In this document: positions 19,662 through 29,397 of the stretch, one piece after another
Layout of the letters: every line of letters starts with the position of its first letter
Position numbering within the stretch: the first letter of the stretch is position 1
DNA from: Candidatus Bathyarchaeota archaeon
GTDB taxonomy: Archaea > Thermoproteota > Bathyarchaeia > Bathyarchaeales > Bathycorpusculaceae
NCBI GenBank assembly: GCA_963768425.1
Contig: CAVYHV010000010.1
Span: 1 to 64,000, forward strand
Length of the DNA: 64,000 nucleotides
Direction: 5' to 3'
Notes under the pieces: generated by a model
Database searches by the model: none
Told to the model about the DNA's origin: nothing
What the model saw: the letters and a program-made list of their open reading frames with translations, nothing else
Program-made: the position numbers and the translations under genes

Positions 19662-20504
19662 ATGTTCAGTGTAAAGCTGCTGATGAGCCAAGCCGATTTT
19701 GGATTTGCAACTAAACTTGCGAACACCATGAACTGGAACATGTCCGAAGAAGACTTCAAGTTTATGACAAATCTTGAACCTGAAGGCTGCTTCGTTGCTT
19801 TTCACGGCAGGGAACGAGTCGGAATAGCGACCAGCATCAGCTTCGGCAAGGTAGCATGGTTCGGGAACCTGATAGTTACTGAGAAATACAGAAACAAGGG
19901 CGCTGGGAATCTTCTCGTAAAACACGCGGTAGACTATCTTCAAGCAAGGGGCGTTGAAACTATCGGACTTTACGCTGAGCCAACGCTTAATGGCTTCTAC
20001 GCTAAATTGGGATTCAAAGCTGATGAGGACTTTTCGGTTTTGCATACGGAATTTTTAGATTCAATGCCTTCTCGAGGGTTGCCGATTATAGGAAAGCAAC
20101 AGATTGAGGAAATTGAGAGTTTTGATACTAGATTATTTGGAGGGGACAGACGGAAACTGCTTGAATCCATAATTTTGGAAGAGGGCAACTTGAGCTTCTT
20201 CAAGTCCGAGTCTAAAAGGGTTCTGGGGTACGCTGCTGCTACGGTTATAGATAAAAGGGCTTGGGTTGGACCGTTGATGTGCCAAAAAGGCAAGGTTGAC
20301 GTTGCCGCTATGCTTCTTGAAGAAGTTTTATCCAATTTGGCGGGGAAAAGTGTCTACCTTGTTCTTCCAAGAAAGGAGATAAAGCTTGCAAGCATGCTTT
20401 TCAGTGTTGGCTTTAAGGAAGATTTTTCTGTTTCAAGGATGTTTTTAGGTGAAGTTGTGGCAAAAAATTGTATATACATGGCTGAATCTTTAGAACGAGG
20501 ATAA
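19662..20504 (+). CDS. GNAT acetyltransferase (two-domain)
   Basis: LIVTEKYRNKGAG, FYAKLGF, VGPL. Confidence 0.88.
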   Translation: MFSVKLLMSQADFGFATKLANTMNWNMSEEDFKFMTNLEPEGCFVAFHGRERVGIATSISFGKVAWFGNLIVTEKYRNKGAGNLLVKHAVDYLQARGVETIGLYAEPTLNGFYAKLGFKADEDFSVLHTEFLDSMPSRGLPIIGKQQIEEIESFDTRLFGGDRRKLLESIILEEGNLSFFKSESKRVLGYAAATVIDKRAWVGPLMCQKGKVDVAAMLLEEVLSNLAGKSVYLVLPRKEIKLASMLFSVGFKEDFSVSRMFLGEVVAKNCIYMAESLERG

Positions 20505-20507
20505 ATC

Positions 20508-21875
20508 TTGATGTGTGAAGATAACAGTAAGGCGTTGGTTGAAGATTTTCTTAAAAGCTCCATGTCAGCCGTGAAGGTTTTAGTCAAGAGGCTTTCTGCT
20601 TTCAAGCTGGAAACGTGGAGCAGGCAAGTAGCTTTATTCCGTTATGTGAACGGCATAAAGGTCATCGAACAGTTTACGGGGAACAAGTTCTTTTTGAGGG
20701 GTTCTGTCGAATATACGAACCCTCATTTGACTGTTGAGGAAGTACAAGGAATTATCGGGACCCGACTGCTCGAGGCCACTGCAAACTATTTTGACATGGT
20801 CGGGCTGCATGAACCAGACCGCGACGACGTCCTTCAGATTTGCGAGCGTGTGAAAAAGCCGACTGAAGGCTATATTGTTCCTTTCTTGTTGAACACTGAT
20901 GACGTTGAAGCGGACCGCTACTCGATGAACCCGCTCAAACAATCAATCGTTGAAAGTGGACAAAGCGCGTTTCCAGCGGCTTATGTCAAAACTGACGGCC
21001 TTAAGATTGATGAAGCTTACGCGAAAAAATATGATGGATCCCTGATTTCGAAGGATGAAACAGAACTGATAAATAGCTGCCTCAAAACTTCCAACGGTTC
21101 CTACCTTGACTTTGTCGATTCAGTAAAGTACCAGCAACTTGAGCCTCTATCCAAGTTTTTCGGCATGAACCTTTCCCTGTATTCGTTGCGTATGCCTCTT
21201 TCAACCTTGAAGACCGAGGGTAAAGAGGGGTTGCTCCACCACATTATCGGCGAAAGCCACCGTGACTACGAGGCTGTCAACGAAGCATATACTTGCATGG
21301 GCAGAAGCATGGCGAACCGAACTACTCTTCTCACGATTCCTCATTCAACAAAGGGCTATGGCTCCAAACGGGCAGCCCGCGGCAAAATACATTTTGAAAA
21401 CAACAAACTCCTTGACGTAGCTGTAAAGTACAAAACCACTAAGCTTTACCCTAACGCCATGGACGAAGAAGATGTCGCAGTTGCTTATTGTGACGATAGC
21501 TTCGCAGTGCCAGGAGAAAAACTTTCAGACTACAACTTTGCAGAAACGCCTTCTTCGCCACAATTCTTCCTTTACTCAATAGGTTCCCCTGAAAACGCGG
21601 CGGTTTGGCATGGAATTGGCGCCTTCGGCTCTTCAGGTCTCCTTAACAGTTACACTTCAGCCCATCATGCTTGTAGGGAAGGCAGATTAATCAAAAATTT
21701 CAGCGAAAAATATGGAGCCAACGTCGAAGTCCCTTTACAGTTCAACCTTGCGCCAGAAGGAATGTGGAGCCACCCAATCCACCGCAACATTGACGCTAGC
21801 ATCGGAAGCATAGAGGACCTCCCAGACTTGGTCAGACGCGGAATGAAACTTGAGTACCTTTCAGCATACAAATAG
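20508..21875 (+). CDS. Hypothetical protein (455 aa, soluble)
   Basis: Long uninterrupted ORF 3 bp after the GNAT gene; no motif recognised. Confidence 0.75.
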   Translation: MMCEDNSKALVEDFLKSSMSAVKVLVKRLSAFKLETWSRQVALFRYVNGIKVIEQFTGNKFFLRGSVEYTNPHLTVEEVQGIIGTRLLEATANYFDMVGLHEPDRDDVLQICERVKKPTEGYIVPFLLNTDDVEADRYSMNPLKQSIVESGQSAFPAAYVKTDGLKIDEAYAKKYDGSLISKDETELINSCLKTSNGSYLDFVDSVKYQQLEPLSKFFGMNLSLYSLRMPLSTLKTEGKEGLLHHIIGESHRDYEAVNEAYTCMGRSMANRTTLLTIPHSTKGYGSKRAARGKIHFENNKLLDVAVKYKTTKLYPNAMDEEDVAVAYCDDSFAVPGEKLSDYNFAETPSSPQFFLYSIGSPENAAVWHGIGAFGSSGLLNSYTSAHHACREGRLIKNFSEKYGANVEVPLQFNLAPEGMWSHPIHRNIDASIGSIEDLPDLVRRGMKLEYLSAYK

Positions 21876-21977
21876 GAGTAGGCGTTTGGGGCTGAACGAA
21901 CATAGAATTAGCTGTTACCTAAGAATGGAGTGGATGAACGGCGACGATTTTTTAAGGCTTGCCAAGGCGTTCGACGT

Positions 21978-23164
21978 TCATATTCCCAGCGATTCATGAT
22001 AAATCCCAAGCATCCTTTGAGCGCACAAGTCCCACGTAAAGTTTTCAGCAACAAACTTTCTCGCGTTCGAACCCATTCTCTCGCGCAAGCCTTGTCGGAC
22101 AGCAACCTTGAAACGGCTTCAGCCAAATCATCGGTGTTTCCACGTGCAGCTAACAAACCAGTTTCTTTATCCCTTACGGCTTCGTTGACTCCGCCGATAT
22201 TGAAAGCGACGACTGGTACAGCTGACGCCTGCGCTTCAAGCAGCACTATACCTTGCCCTTCTTGGATTGACGGCAAAACAAAAACGTCAGCGCAATTGTA
22301 TACAAGGGCAAGCATGTCGTCGCTGAGGTTGCCTAGAAACTTGAAGTTGTTGGAAAGCCCCGCTGAGTCTACGGCGTTTTGAAGCTGACCTTTTGATGGT
22401 CCTTCTCCAGCAATCAGAAACTTAGTTTCCTTATGGTCTTTGATTACTTTCTCCGCTGCTTTAACTAAGAAAGTCAGGCCCTTCCGCGGTATCAAGCTGC
22501 CGACAAAAAGCACACAAGGTTCATCACCTAACCCAAACTTTAGCCTCGCTGCAGCAAGGCCTGTTTGAGGCTTAAATCTCTCAGGGTCAACCCCGTTTGG
22601 AACAATTCTAACTTTCGATGGGTCAAGTCCGTAGTGCTCTTTTATTTTTTCCAGAGAATAATTGCTTATAGTCACGACAAGAGTGGCGTTTTTGGCTGTT
22701 TCTTCTTCCAGCTTGGCGAGGCGATGCATAAAGTAGTTGGCTGCTTTACCCCTGAGCGATTGGATACTGCTTTTGCTTGCTTGCTCATATTCGTCGGCGA
22801 GCACACCGTGAATCACGTGTATAAAGGGTTTTTCGGAGCCTTGCTTTTTCAGCGTCCTCAAAAGACCGTAGCCGCTTACGGCGTGTGCCTCGTAGACGTC
22901 AGCATTTAGATCTCGAGCTTTAGATAGGCTTCGGTTAAAGAACCAGTTATCAAGCGGAAAAACCTTGTCAGTCGAGTTGCATGGAACAAAATTTACCATG
23001 TTTTTGCTGACTGGTTCTTTGAATCCTGACTTTGTGCCGCTGTAAACTGTGATGTCCGCTTGGTTTGATAGCCGCTTAGTGGTTTCGATTATGCGTCTCT
23101 CTACACCACCGAAATATAGAAGCGGTGGCTGAGTGTTTAAGACGACTAACCGAAACTTTCCCAT
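21978..23164 (-). CDS. GT4 glycosyltransferase (C-terminal frameshift near 22085)
   Basis: GGVERR, VPNGVD, FVGSLIPRKG, EGQGIVLLEA; corrected tail RERMGSNARKFVAENFTW. Confidence 0.9.
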
Positions 23165-23347
23165 TTATTTCACTTCTTAAAGGCGGTGTTCAGGCTATTG
23201 TTAACTTATTTTTGAATATAAGTTCGATTGCTGTTTGTCTCTTAAGACGTTGCTTTTTGGCTTTTACTTTAAAAGGGGAGCGGCAACCCTACGGCGTTAT
23301 GGCGCTTTATAGTTTAAATAGTCTTTTCGCTTATTTTGCGGTACGGG

Positions 23348-26300
23348 ATGAATGCTGTGACAGACGTCGAAGAAACCGAAAATGACTCGTCTAGTTTACC
23401 TACAAATTACGCTCCGTTGGCTTTAGAGAAGGAAATCCGCGAGTTCTGGCAAAAGCAGCAAATTCGCGAGAAACTCGAGTTGCTTGAGGGAACCGCTAAA
23501 GGATTGTTAGGCTACGTTGAAGGTCCGCCGACTCTGAACGGTATCCCTCATATTGGGCATGCCCGAGGACGGGTAATGAAGGATGTTCGGTACCGCTGGA
23601 AAACGATGGAAGGCTACTACATGCCGTTTTGGGCTGGATGGGACTGCCAAGGTTTGCCGGTGGAGCTGGAAGTTGAGAAGCTTCTGGGCGTTCGAAACAA
23701 GCGGGAATCCATCGAGAAATACGGGATGGAACGGTTCATTGAGGAATGCAAGAAAGCAATCATGCGGTACCATGCCATGTGGCTACTTGCTGACGGAAAT
23801 CTCGGTGTATTCATCAACCAAGAAAAGGCGTATTGGACCTACAAGGACAGCTATATAGAGCGGGAATGGCAAATCCTCAAACGCGCCTGGGATCAAGGGC
23901 TGCTTGAAGAAGGCCACTACGTTGTCGCTTACTGCCCCGGCTGCCAAACTAGCCTCAGCAGCGCCGAAGTCGGCTACGAAGGCAGCTACAAAGAAGTAGA
24001 GGACCCTTCACTTTACTTCAAGTTTAAGGTTGCAGGCAGCAAGAACGAGTTCTTCCTCGTCTGGACAACCATGCCTTTCACCATAATAACCGACACCATG
24101 CTTGCTGTTCAGCCCTCCGCCGAATACGTCAAGGTCAAAGTAGGCGAAGAAGTCTGGATCATGGTTAAGCAACGCGTTGAACCCGTCATGGCAGAGCTGC
24201 AAATCACAAAGTACCAAATCACCGAATCCATATTGGGCAAGACTTTGGAGGGAACCGGCTACGAGTACCCGCTCAAAGATATGATTCCAAAACAGGCAGA
24301 AAACGAAACCATGCATCCCTTAGTTCACAAGGTCATAGGCGAAGACTTCGTTGACGTTAACACAGCCACCGGCGTTGTCCATCTTTCGCCAGGGAACGGT
24401 GAAGACGATTTTTGGGCGGCAAAACGTAGAGGCGTCCCAATATTCGCGCCGTTTGACGACGAAGTAAAATTCACCAAAGACGCGGGATTATTCGTGGGCA
24501 TTTTCGCTCGTGACGCAGATTTCCCGGTTGTTGAGGAACTCCGCAACAGAAATGCCTTTGTCAAAGTCAGCATGGTAAAACATGAGTACCCCACTTGCTG
24601 GCGTAGCCACCATAAACTCGTTTGGCTCGCGAGAAAAGAATACTTTCTGCGAACAGACAAAATAAACAGCAAGGTGCTTGAAGCAGCAGAAAAAGTAGAG
24701 TACTTCTTTGAAGAACCAAAAAACCGTTTCTTCGGCTTCCTCAAAGAAGGAAAACCATGGTGCATCAGCCGCGAACGCATCTGGGGAACACCCCTGCCGA
24801 TTTGGACCTGCGAAAAATGCGGTGAAAAACGCTTAATCGCAAGCAAAAAAGAACTGCTTGACAACGCGCAAGAACCGGTCCCAGACAATTTCGAGCTGCA
24901 TAAGCCATGGGTAGACCGCGTCACGCTGAAATGCGGAAAATGCGGCGGAACCATGCGTAGAGAAGACTTTGTCTTGGACACATGGCATAACAGCGGCGCA
25001 TCACCCTACGCTCGCTTTACAGATGCGGAAGCAGCAAAGTTTGTTCCCACTGATTTCTTAACTGAAGGCATAGATCAAACTCGAGGCTGGGCAAACAGCC
25101 TGCTATTGGAACACGTCATCTTAACGGGGAAGCCCGAGGCGCCTTACAAGTCATTTCTGTTTCAGGGGCTCACGCAGGACGCAAAAGGCAGAAAAATGAG
25201 CAAAAGTCTCGGCAACGTTGTTGAAACCAACAAGCTTTTGGAGAAAAACTCAGCTGACCTTTGCCGTTTCTACATGCTGCGAAAATGCTCCTCAATCGAC
25301 TTTATGAATTTTGACATGCAGGAACTCACCCGCCGCCCCTATCAAGTCCTGTCGACCCTGTATCATTTAAGCAGGTTCTTCTTGCAAAACGCAACCTTCG
25401 ACGAGTTCACCCCCAGCAAATACACCCTGGAGTGGGCATCCAAAACAAACAAGCTTCAAGAAGCCGACAGATGGCTCCTCTCCAAGCTTCAAGAGAAAAT
25501 TGAGGATTACACTGCAAAGCTGCAGCGATGCGAATTCAACGCCGCCGTTGCAGTTCTGGACGACTTTGTAATTGAAACCCTAAGCAGACTCTATGTTCCG
25601 ATGATTCGTAAAGAGCTTTGGACTGATGAGCCTGAAACGTTTGAGCGCCGCCAGACCATCTACGCCCTGCTTTACCATACTTTAAAGACGGTGACGTTGC
25701 TGTTCAACCCCGTCACGCCTTTCCTTAGCGAGGCGCTTTATCAGAAAATCTACCGCGAACTTGAACCCAGATTGCCTGAATCCGTTAACATGGCTTGTTG
25801 GCCAACACCATGCACGCAGCTTCGAGACCGAGTCCTTGAGGAACAATTTGACACTCTAATGCAGACTGTTTCAATAGGGTACGCTGCGAGGCAACAGGGT
25901 AAGCTGAAGCGTCGTTGGCCCCTCAGCAAGGCAATCGTGGTGGCGCCTGAAAAAACCTTGAAAGCACTTCGGCATCTGGAAACGCTGTTCTTGGAGTTGA
26001 TAAACGTGAAAGCCGCCGAGTACTCAACATCTGTTCCTGAGTATGTTGGAGGCGAAAACTGGGTTTCATCGCAGATAGACGACGTCACTGTGTTTGTAAG
26101 TGGGCAAAGAGATGAGAAACTGCTTGGCGAAGGCATAATGCGGGATCTGGCTCGCCGTGTGCAAGCTCTGCGAAAAGAAATGGGGTTTGTGCCTACTGAA
26201 GTGTTGGAGTCCGTTCACATCGCCGAGTTAGATGCAGAAAGCATGGGTTTGCTGGAACCTTACTTGGAGGAGATGGCGGGTCTGGTGCGTGCGAGGAAAG

Positions 26301-26392
26301 TTTACCTGCACAGCAGCTGCAAAGAAGAAGTCGATGCGCAATGGCATGAATCCGAATTAGACAACAAAAAAATACACCTGTACATCCACTAA
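23348..26392 (+). CDS. ileS: Isoleucine--tRNA ligase
   Basis: GPP...HIGH, GWDCQGLPVE, WTTMP, WCISRER, EGIDQTRGW, KMSKS. Confidence 0.97.
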   Translation: MNAVTDVEETENDSSSLPTNYAPLALEKEIREFWQKQQIREKLELLEGTAKGLLGYVEGPPTLNGIPHIGHARGRVMKDVRYRWKTMEGYYMPFWAGWDCQGLPVELEVEKLLGVRNKRESIEKYGMERFIEECKKAIMRYHAMWLLADGNLGVFINQEKAYWTYKDSYIEREWQILKRAWDQGLLEEGHYVVAYCPGCQTSLSSAEVGYEGSYKEVEDPSLYFKFKVAGSKNEFFLVWTTMPFTIITDTMLAVQPSAEYVKVKVGEEVWIMVKQRVEPVMAELQITKYQITESILGKTLEGTGYEYPLKDMIPKQAENETMHPLVHKVIGEDFVDVNTATGVVHLSPGNGEDDFWAAKRRGVPIFAPFDDEVKFTKDAGLFVGIFARDADFPVVEELRNRNAFVKVSMVKHEYPTCWRSHHKLVWLARKEYFLRTDKINSKVLEAAEKVEYFFEEPKNRFFGFLKEGKPWCISRERIWGTPLPIWTCEKCGEKRLIASKKELLDNAQEPVPDNFELHKPWVDRVTLKCGKCGGTMRREDFVLDTWHNSGASPYARFTDAEAAKFVPTDFLTEGIDQTRGWANSLLLEHVILTGKPEAPYKSFLFQGLTQDAKGRKMSKSLGNVVETNKLLEKNSADLCRFYMLRKCSSIDFMNFDMQELTRRPYQVLSTLYHLSRFFLQNATFDEFTPSKYTLEWASKTNKLQEADRWLLSKLQEKIEDYTAKLQRCEFNAAVAVLDDFVIETLSRLYVPMIRKELWTDEPETFERRQTIYALLYHTLKTVTLLFNPVTPFLSEALYQKIYRELEPRLPESVNMACWPTPCTQLRDRVLEEQFDTLMQTVSIGYAARQQGKLKRRWPLSKAIVVAPEKTLKALRHLETLFLELINVKAAEYSTSVPEYVGGENWVSSQIDDVTVFVSGQRDEKLLGEGIMRDLARRVQALRKEMGFVPTEVLESVHIAELDAESMGLLEPYLEEMAGLVRARKVYLHSSCKEEVDAQWHESELDNKKIHLYIH

Positions 26393-26548
26393 GAAAGTTT
26401 GGTAAAGCAAGAGCAATGCTAAAGAGAAAAGACGCCTCTTTCCAATATCCAAGGTCTCGCCTTTCCTGTTGATTCTTGAACTCGAGAAAACACGCTGGAT
26501 TTAGCTTTGACACTGCAGATTTGTTGCATGGGGGAAATTTCGGCGGAA

Positions 26549-27445
26549 TTTTTTTGTTTGCGTTTTGGGTTGCTTTCTTGTAGAGAAGCTCGCATCAGCT
26601 GCAGGTTGATACTTTATTTGACATAATTTGACACAAATTGACATGATTTGACACAAATTTGCAATTCGAAGAATCGATCGGGAATCTTCAGAAGCATGCT
26701 CCAGTGGAAAGAGTGCAGTTATAAAAAAAATTGTTCTTGTGAAATGGGTTGGTTTTCTGGTTTGGGGCTGGAATCATCTGCAACTGGTCTCTCAAAAAAT
26801 ACCAAAACATCTCAAACATACCAAAACATACCAAAAAGTCGCAGAGGAAGAAGCGTTCAAAAGTGTGGTCCAAGTTTTTTTGTCCGGCGTTTTTGGCGGC
26901 AGATTTTTTTGTTTGCGTTTTGGGTTGCTTTTTGTTGGAGAAGCTTGAATCATCTGCAGGTTGATACTTTATTTGACTTTATTTGACCTGTTTTGACTTT
27001 ATTTGACCAAATTTGACTTCAAAAGAATTGAAGGAATAATTCGTATGCCGTTAACTCGAAAGGTAACCTTTAGAGGCAAGCTCCAGAAAGAGAAAAGATT
27101 CCAGCTGAAAAATGTTCTTTGTGTTTTGAGCTGTTTTTTCGGTTTGGGGCTTGTATCCTTTGTGACTATAATCTCAAAAAATCTCAAAACATCTTGAAAC
27201 ATCTCAAAACATCCCAAAAAATCTAGAAAAATCTCTGGCAGATGCGGTAAGAGCATATTGAGGGATAAGCTGATGATTTCCCCCCCAAATTTTTTTGGTC
27301 TTTGTGTTTTGGGTTACTTTTTGGTGGAAAAGCTTAAATCGGTTGCAGGCTCCGTCATTTAAAGTCATTAAACGTCAATAGACGTCAATTAAAGTCATTT
27401 AACGGCCTCTACCGTCAATTAAAGTCAATTGCCGTCAATTAAAGC
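26549..27445. repeat. Five tandem units: conserved ~60-bp leader + 10-bp-period repeat array (+ AbrB gene 5' fragment)
   Basis: Leaders at ~26549, 26726, 26904, 27108 and 27290 (consensus ttgt.ttgyg.tttgggttgcttt....g....gcttgaatc..ctgca). Arrays at ~26616-26659 (atttgacaca), 26790-26837 (taccaaaaca), 26971-27020 (atttgacttt), 27171-27235 (atctcaaaac) and 27352-27445 (aagtcaatta). Confidence 0.9.
27045..27107 (+). pseudogene. Truncated 5' fragment of the tandem-AbrB gene
   Basis: MPLTRKVTFRGKLQKEKRFQL aligns to MPINEKVSFKTMLQKGNRIQI and is cut by the next leader. Confidence 0.75.
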
Positions 27446-27479
27446 CAAACGTTGAATGATAGAAAACGGGGAAAACAAT

Positions 27480-27767
27480 ATGCCCATAAATGAAAAAGTC
27501 AGCTTCAAGACCATGCTTCAAAAAGGCAACAGAATCCAAATTCCAGAATTAATCCGCGGGCAATTCAAAGTCGAAACAAACCAAATGCTGAACATCGGCG
27601 TAAACGATCAAACCACACAAAGCAGCTGGCAGTTCTTTTACGCAAAAATGAAAAAAGATGGACGAATACTGATCCCGCTTCTGATAATTAAACTTCTCCA
27701 AGAAAATGAATCAAAAATTACCGGTCACATTTTAGAAGTAACGATTGAACCTGGCCAAACAGAATAA
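27480..27767 (+). CDS. Tandem (double) AbrB/SpoVT-domain DNA-binding protein
   Basis: Two AbrB-like halves: FKTMLQKGNRIQIPELIR and FYAKMKKDGRILIPLLI. Confidence 0.8.
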   Translation: MPINEKVSFKTMLQKGNRIQIPELIRGQFKVETNQMLNIGVNDQTTQSSWQFFYAKMKKDGRILIPLLIIKLLQENESKITGHILEVTIEPGQTE

Positions 27768-27861
27768 AAATGCAGACTCACAACAATTTCGTTTTCGATC
27801 GACACGTACCTAACCGAAAGCTCTAAATGCGCTCCAACCCTATTTTTCCAAAACGCCAGTT

Positions 27862-27936
27862 GGGCCGGTAGATCAGCCTGGTATGATCGCCGCGTTCGCA
27901 ACGCGGAAGCCGCGGGTTCAAATCCCGCCCGGTCCA
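27862..27936 (+). tRNA. tRNA-Ala(CGC)
   Basis: GGGCCGG/CCGGTCC acceptor with G3:U70, CCGCG-TTCGCAA-CGCGG anticodon arm. Confidence 0.95.
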
Positions 27937-27958
27937 TAACGCGGTCCGAACTCAGCAA

Positions 27959-27983
27959 GGTTCGAATCCCAGCGGCCTCGCCA
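27959..27983 (+). repeat. 3' fragment of a different tRNA (T-arm + acceptor strand + CCA; Arg-like)
   Basis: GGTTCGAATCCCAG-CGGCCTC-G-CCA; matches none of the three tRNAs in the window. Confidence 0.65.
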
Positions 27984-28073
27984 CAACTAAATTTAGTTAC
28001 CTTTGCAGATTTCGATACATGTATACAAGCATACTTATTTGTCTGTTCGACCTTTCATTATTTGGTAATAGGA

Positions 28074-28277
28074 ATGAGCACAACAATTAGAGTCTCAAAG
28101 AAAACTGCAGAAACACTTGAACATCTACGGGAAAAATTAGGCGCTCAAAGCCTTGATGAAGCAATCCAAACACTTGTCAAAAAGCAACGCAAGGCTATTT
28201 TAAAAAGAACGTTCGGTGTTGACTGCAACCGCATCAAACCTTTTACGGAGGCTGACCGCGGCGAAGATCGTGATTGA
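28074..28277 (+). CDS. vapB: VapB-type antitoxin
   Basis: MSTTIRVSKKTAETL...SLDEAIQTL; overlaps the PIN gene. Confidence 0.85.
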   Translation: MSTTIRVSKKTAETLEHLREKLGAQSLDEAIQTLVKKQRKAILKRTFGVDCNRIKPFTEADRGEDRD

Positions 28278-28668
28278 TTCATACGCTTGGATCGAGCACT
28301 TTATCGGAAGCGAGAAAGGCCGAAAAGTAGATGAGATACTAGCAGATGCAGATGAAGTGTATACGCCTGACACGGTGCTTGCTGAGATTGCTCGCAAATA
28401 TTTTCGAGAAGGCATTGATTTTAAAACAATTGATCAACGATTAAACGAAGTAGTTGAGGCATCTGATATCATCTGCATAGATGTTAAATTAGCGGGATAC
28501 GCCGCCAAATGTTATCTTGAATTGGAAGCCAACGCAAAAAAACTTAAGCTGGATCGTCCAAGCCTATTTGACGCCATAGTATTAGCAACCGGAAGGTTGT
28601 TGAAATCAAATGTCTTAACGGGCGATCAGCATTTCAAAAACTTGAAAGAAACGATTTGGGTTGAATAA
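28270..28668 (+). CDS. vapC: VapC PIN-domain toxin
   Basis: VIDSYAWIEHF, VLAE, SLFDAIVLA, LTGDQHF. Confidence 0.9.
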   Translation: MIDSYAWIEHFIGSEKGRKVDEILADADEVYTPDTVLAEIARKYFREGIDFKTIDQRLNEVVEASDIICIDVKLAGYAAKCYLELEANAKKLKLDRPSLFDAIVLATGRLLKSNVLTGDQHFKNLKETIWVE

Positions 28669-28745
28669 TCTTACGCAGGATTGTTTTGTAAACTTTCAAA
28701 TGACAAACAAAACTAGAACTACCCGGGATAGATATATGCCATTCT

Positions 28746-28768
28746 GGGCTCAAATCCCGCCCGGTCCA
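28746..28768 (+). repeat. tRNA-Ala 3'-end copy 1
   Basis: gggctcaaatcccgcccggtcca (1 mismatch), followed by the conserved tail taatccggtctgaactctgaaggttc. Confidence 0.85.
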
Positions 28769-28866
28769 TAATCCGGTCTGAACTCTGAAGGTTCCAAAAA
28801 CCATAGAGACCTATACCCTTCAGGCTCAAATTCAAGGCATGCAATGTTATCACTGGAATTTTGGTG

Positions 28867-29397
28867 TCAAAATATGCTGCTATGTAAAATAATGAAGAAT
28901 CCGAAGTTGCCAATGCCCGCGTTCAGGTTCATTGATCCCATGCAAAGCGCCACTGCGGTAATCGGAATGGCTGCGTATAGGGATGTTTTTTGCTTTATCC
29001 GAAATATTAACATGTAACTTAGAATTACTGTTGGCGCATAGTAAGCTAAAGCGCCTAAAGCTCCAAGGGGCCAGCCTAATGGGTTTATTTCTGAAGCTAC
29101 TCTCGCGATGTTTATGACGTAGAATGTCGTGGCGAGATCGAATGCCCAAAAAGCCAAAACTGCTCCTTGAAGGGAGAATAGGATACTTCCCCAGTTAGGT
29201 ATTGAGTTTATGTTCTTAGGGGCATTTCTTTCTCTGAGCCATAAGTAAATTGCACAAGTTAAGGGAATGATTAAGATGAATAAGAACATTAGGCCCAACA
29301 ATGGTTCTCCGGCTCGGATGAGCGCTGATGCACTGTAGATGCAGATTGCTGTAGCAGAGACAAAGAAGCCTCTAGCTAAGCTTTTCAATGACTTCAT
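28867..29397 (-). CDS. Membrane protein with DUF5658-like C-terminal part
   Basis: AFDLATTFY...EINPL motif, multiple TMs. Confidence 0.65.
   Translation of the reverse strand: MKSLKSLARGFFVSATAICIYSASALIRAGEPLLGLMFLFILIIPLTCAIYLWLRERNAPKNINSIPNWGSILFSLQGAVLAFWAFDLATTFYVINIARVASEINPLGWPLGALGALAYYAPTVILSYMLIFRIKQKTSLYAAIPITAVALCMGSMNLNAGIGNFGFFIILHSSIF

Noticed and set aside
26648-27256. Short ORFs listed across the repeat locus as real proteins
   Set aside because: A 10-bp period is not codon-phased; the ORFs overlap on both strands and have low-complexity sequence. Only the AbrB stubs are meaningful.
26549-27445. CRISPR array
   Set aside because: No constant 24-48-bp repeat with unique spacers; the internal period is 10 bp and no cas genes are nearby.
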